A stretch of DNA of 64,000 nt from assembly GCA_010909165.1 (NCBI GenBank), contig MU008159.1:620001-684000 (forward strand). The letters are read 5' to 3'. Each line of letters begins with the position of its first letter. The first letter of the stretch is position 1. Positions 60,051 to 64,000 of this stretch are shown here, in pieces. The translations under genes and the position numbers were made by a program. Source of the DNA: Anthoceros angustus (Eukaryota; Plantae; Anthocerotophyta). The notes beneath the pieces are model-generated. The model had not been told where the DNA came from. It saw nothing but the letters and a program-made list of their open reading frames with translations, and made no database searches.

Positions 60051-60431
60051 TAAAGATCAACTTAACTCCAAGGTCCACTTGATTGTTGGTGATGGATGGA
60101 TTTTTCCTCACCGTTTTTCCCTCCATAAGACACAATGTTCCTCTATATAAACACCCGCAGCACCTAATATATTTGGATGGACTGTTTTCGATACATGTAG
60201 GAACATCTCCTCCAGACACCAAGGGAGGCCTTCCTTCCCTCCCCCAGCGAGCCGGAGGGAAGCACAGGCTTGGAAGCTGTGCGTGGAGCTGGGTGGTGTG
60301 CATTGGAGCGTGAAGCTTGCGGAGCTAAGCGATCCGAAATTTGCATGCGGAATTGAGGACTAACCGAGGGTTCGAGCCGGTGATGAGGCTACAGGGCGGG
60401 AAGTGACAGGTCTGGGCGGAAGGAAGGAAAA

Positions 60432-62229
60432 ATGTCGCAGCTTACATTGAGCAGCCTGGGTGTGGGCAGGCCATCTCCATCTCCCCTTCTGACCGGGAGC
60501 AGGAAACGGGGCTGGGCGGGGAGGGCGGCAGGCAGGAGGTGCGCTGTGTCCGCGTCCCTGCTCACCCACACGGTCGGCCAAGTCGCCCACTTGGGTCCTG
60601 GATTGGGACTGGGATTGGCCAGTCCCCTGCTTCTGGCGGATGCAGCCGCTGGACAGGACTGGTTCGGCGACTTCCTGTACAACGCCGCGCAGCAGGCCAA
60701 CGATCTGGTGCAGCTCCAGCTCACGGAGCTCAGTCCTGCTAGGTGGGTGGTAATGAAATGGAAATCAATCCGAATGAGTGGCGGGGATTGGCGGATGTTG
60801 AAGCTCAGTGTGGATTTCATGGGGTTTGCGTGGATTGCAGTGCCGCGGTCATATTTGGAGCTGGGCTTGTGACCAGCCTCTCCCCGTGCACGCTCAGCGT
60901 CTTGCCGCTCACGTTGGGATACATCGGTACGGAGAATGGATTCTGATTTGAATCGCTTCCGCCCTTTTGTTGGTATGGATTCTGACATCCTTGGTGCATG
61001 GCAGGTGCGTCTGGGTCGGGGAAAGATCGTACTCAGGTTGGTTTTAGTTATGCTATGTTTTGTTGCCGATGTGTGTTTGTGTTTCGTGTTGCACTGCAGC
61101 TGGGTCTTATGAGAGTCTTGTGCGCAGCTGTTGGTGGACTCTGTTGCTTTTGCTCTCGGCCTGGCCACCACTCTGGCTCTCCTTGGAGTTGGGGCTTCCT
61201 TGGCAGGGAAGGCGTATGGCCAGATTGGGCAGGGCCTGCCCATCGCCGTGTCTGGAGTTGCCATGATCATGGGTCTTAATCTGCTGGAGGTAGGTGACCT
61301 TGTATGTATGTCTGTTGGTGATGCGTGCTCCTCTGCTAGCGTTGAAGACATCCTTCACTGCGTTCTCGATGTTGGATGTGAAGGTCATCGAGCTGCAATT
61401 GCCTTCATTCTTCGGCGACTTCGACCCAAGGACTGCAGCTGCTAATCTTCCTCCAAGTGAACCTTCATCAATCCCCATCAATCACTTTCCCCTTGCCTGC
61501 ATGTGAAGGTGCTCCACATGCCAAACGGGCTGACTCTAAGCATGTGTGTGGGGTGCAGCTGTGCAAGCATATCTGGCAGGCCTGACTTTTGCCTTGGCTG
61601 CATCCCCGTGCAGCACGCCTGTCCTGGCCACTTTGCTGAGCTATGTTGCAGCTTCTCAGGCAAGTTCCTGCTGGCTTCTGTGACTCCAGTCACCCGCAAG
61701 CCCCACCATTCTTCTCTCTTGCTCATCACCATCTGCTTGGACATGGAACCCACGGACTTCACCCTCTCTTGCTCATCAGCACCTGCTTGGACATGCCTGG
61801 CCTTTGCAGGACCCTATAGTCGGGGGATCTCTGCTCCTTGCGTACACCACAGGATACGTTGCCCCTCTTCTGGCTGCCGCCTCCTTCGCCGGTGCCCTGC
61901 AGGTACGAGGATGCTGCCTGCCATGTTTGTTGGTTTTGGGATTGCTGCAGGAGCTGCATGTTGATACCTCATTGGTTTTTCAGCAAATACTGTCCCTTCG
62001 AAAGTTCTCGGCCTGGATCAATCCCACAAGGTGAGCCCCGGTTTAAACAAACACAAGCCCCGTCCTGTCCCTTCTCCTACTCAGCCTTCTCCATCGCCTT
62101 TTCCCCTACGGAGCCGTTTCCTTTTCTGACATGGTCGTGTGAATTTTCTGCAGCGGAGCCCTGCTTCTGGGTGGTGGCTTGTACACATTCCTTGTCCGCA
62201 CATTCCCTGAAGCTTCGTTCAACCTGTAA
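60432..62229 (+). CDS. CCDA: Plastid cytochrome c biogenesis protein CcdA, multi-exon, one GC-AG intron (61660-61809)
   Basis: Transit-like N-terminus; [22 protein letters not shown]; [24 protein letters not shown]; ELQLPSFF; [23 protein letters not shown]; [16 protein letters not shown]; [14 protein letters not shown]; TAA at 62227-62229. Confidence 0.96.
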
Positions 62230-62525
62230 CTGTAAAATAAAAGGACAGGAGTGTGTGATATTTGAGGATATGTATGTAGTCACAGCTGGGCATGGCCCCC
62301 AGTTTCTGTGACGACAGTCTGACTGTAGGTGCGAAATAGACGCCGTTATCCACCAGGATTAGAAGTCTTCAAAAACCATAAATCGAAAGGGTTTCGCGGG
62401 CGGCGTTTCTAGTTCTGTCGCTTGTCCGGCCGTCCCGTTACGCTATTGTTAGCTTTGGTGTAGCCTCGTCTTCCTCCCTCGCGGGCCCCTGCCGTCAAGG
62501 AGAAGCAAAGCGGAGCGAGTGGCCA

Positions 62526-64000
62526 TGGCGGCCGTGGAGATGGAGGCTGAGGCGTCGTCCCCGGGCCACCGGCAGGAGCCAGGCGAGCGGCAGCCGGGCT
62601 TCCGGAAGCCTGTGCACGACACCTCTCAGCGCAACTACCGGCGGCGATCGCCATCCGCGTCCACCTCGCCCTCGCCTCCTCCTGCCGGTAGGGATGCCTG
62701 TGCGGTTGCTCCTTCTCCCCGTGCTAGGACTCTGCTGCTTGCTGTGGCTGCTGCTGCTGCTGCGGCAGCTTGAGTCCGGGTGTCTCCTGCTTGTGGAATT
62801 CCGGCAGCTTGTGGCAGCCGTGTGCTGGCAAGAGGAGTGATTGCGGCTGTTGCATCTCAGGCAACTGAATTTCCCCTTCCCGAGAGCTTCCTTTTGCAGG
62901 CAATGTTGTGTGAAAGTATCTTGGTCAGCATTGCGTGAAGCTGGGGAACAGGTAGTGTTCGTGTGCAAATGCCTACGGGATGTGGAGGTTTGTTGCGGAT
63001 CCGCTGTGATTGCTAGGTCAGTTCTAAGCAAGAACATCGTCCGACGTCGTGTGTGGAGAAGCTTGCGTTTTTCCCGTGCGGGAAGCTTGGCTGACTTGCG
63101 TGTTGCTTTTTTTTGTTAGGTGGATGGAAGCGGGACAGGAGCGTGTCGCCGGGTGTTGCTGGTGGAGGCGGCAGCGGCAGCGGAGCTTACGATCATGCTA
63201 AGAAGGAGCGCAGGCTGAACGTTGATCAGAGGGATGCTGACGCCAGCCGGTCCAGGAAGGGGGACAATGGAACGAGCAACAGCTTTGCGAGACCTAGTGA
63301 CCGGGATCACGGTCGGCGACAGCCATCTGGACATCACGACCGCGCTTATAGCAGCCACTCAGGACGGGATGTACATGGCGAAGGAAGGAACGATCACGCA
63401 CCTCAAGATGCTGATCACCGGATGCATGACAGGAGCTTCAGAGACAGATATGGCGATCGTGGAAGGGGCAGGGATTGGGATCGGAGCAGGGATAGAGAGA
63501 GAGATAGAGGAAGGGGAGCATGGGATAGGTCTAGGGACAGGGACAGGGACAGGGAGAGAGACCGCGGAAGAGATAGGGGAAGAAACGAAGCTCGCACCGG
63601 TGGAAGGGATGGGAATCTGGTAACAGATGCTGACAGGGAGAGGGAGAGGGACAGAGAAAGGGAGAGGGCCAGGGGTAGAGATGCTGATAGAGTCAGCAAC
63701 AAGGATGAACCTCGGGACCGAGAGAGACGGCGTGAGAGGGTGCATAAGGATGTGGATGATGCCAGAGACCATCTGAGTAAGGATACCTCAAGGGAGAGAG
63801 ATAGGTTGAAAGAAAGACATGATCACAGGGAGCGAAGTGGTCGGGGGGATTTTAAAGAACGAGACCATCGCTCAGATGGTTTTGGTTCGAGAGAACCTAA
63901 ACAATTAAGAGACAGGGATGATCATGGGGATGCTAGTAATAGTAAGAGGGCTTCATGCTCAGAAAGAAATAGTGGTGGCGGTGTGTTGCCCCAACAAGAG
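62526..64000 (+). CDS. Arg/Ser/Asp-rich protein, RSRC2-like; 5' part only (exon 62526-62687, exon from 63120 runs off the window)
   Basis: N-terminal GFRKPVHDTSQRNYRRRSP motif, recalled from plant RSRC2-like proteins, followed by a long RD/RE-rich open frame. Confidence 0.65.

Noticed and set aside
60340-60390. GGTTCGAGCC B-box suggesting a tRNA or SINE
   Set aside because: No A-box at the correct spacing and no cloverleaf.
60389-61351. 320-aa minus-strand ORF
   Set aside because: Antisense to CcdA exons and introns; no recognisable domain.

Overview
Nuclear DNA of a land plant with compact genes and short introns. A non-seed plant (hornwort/lycophyte-like) is inferred from intron size, GC-rich exons and PLS-type PPR remnants; the species cannot be identified from sequence alone. 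Recognisable genes: SGT1 (-), GC6/p115-Uso1 golgin (+), two diverged RPL23A paralogs (-), an intronless fumarase-like gene (+), TAF15 (+), SKIP35-like ankyrin protein (-), a neprosin-domain gene (-), plastid CcdA (+) and the 5' part of an RSRC2-like RS-rich gene (+). The dominant mobile elements are at least six copies or fragments of CRE-like, restriction-like-endonuclease non-LTR retrotransposons, one of them near full length. Also present are two TGTGG...CCACA LTR-like elements (one 4.6 kb with a 5-bp TSD and an internal decayed ORF), an L1 fragment and a gag remnant. Top leads: (1) a fumarase retrocopy with an intact ORF whose C1 substrate-binding motif is rewritten and whose GGTAVGTGLN loop is deleted, while the C2/C3 catalytic motifs are kept; (2) a solo-LTR-like element that appears to carry its own coiled-coil gene; (3) dispersed CRE-type LINEs in a land plant; (4) a neprosin lacking one catalytic Glu and carrying a Pro-rich insert. 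Caution: 16.1-20.4 kb and 28.1-32.4 kb are patchworks of local sequence joined at 7-10 bp microhomologies, and 7.45-8.47 kb is a 1-kb foldback. These may be assembly artefacts or real template-switch scars. All alignments were done by eye; no database searches were run.
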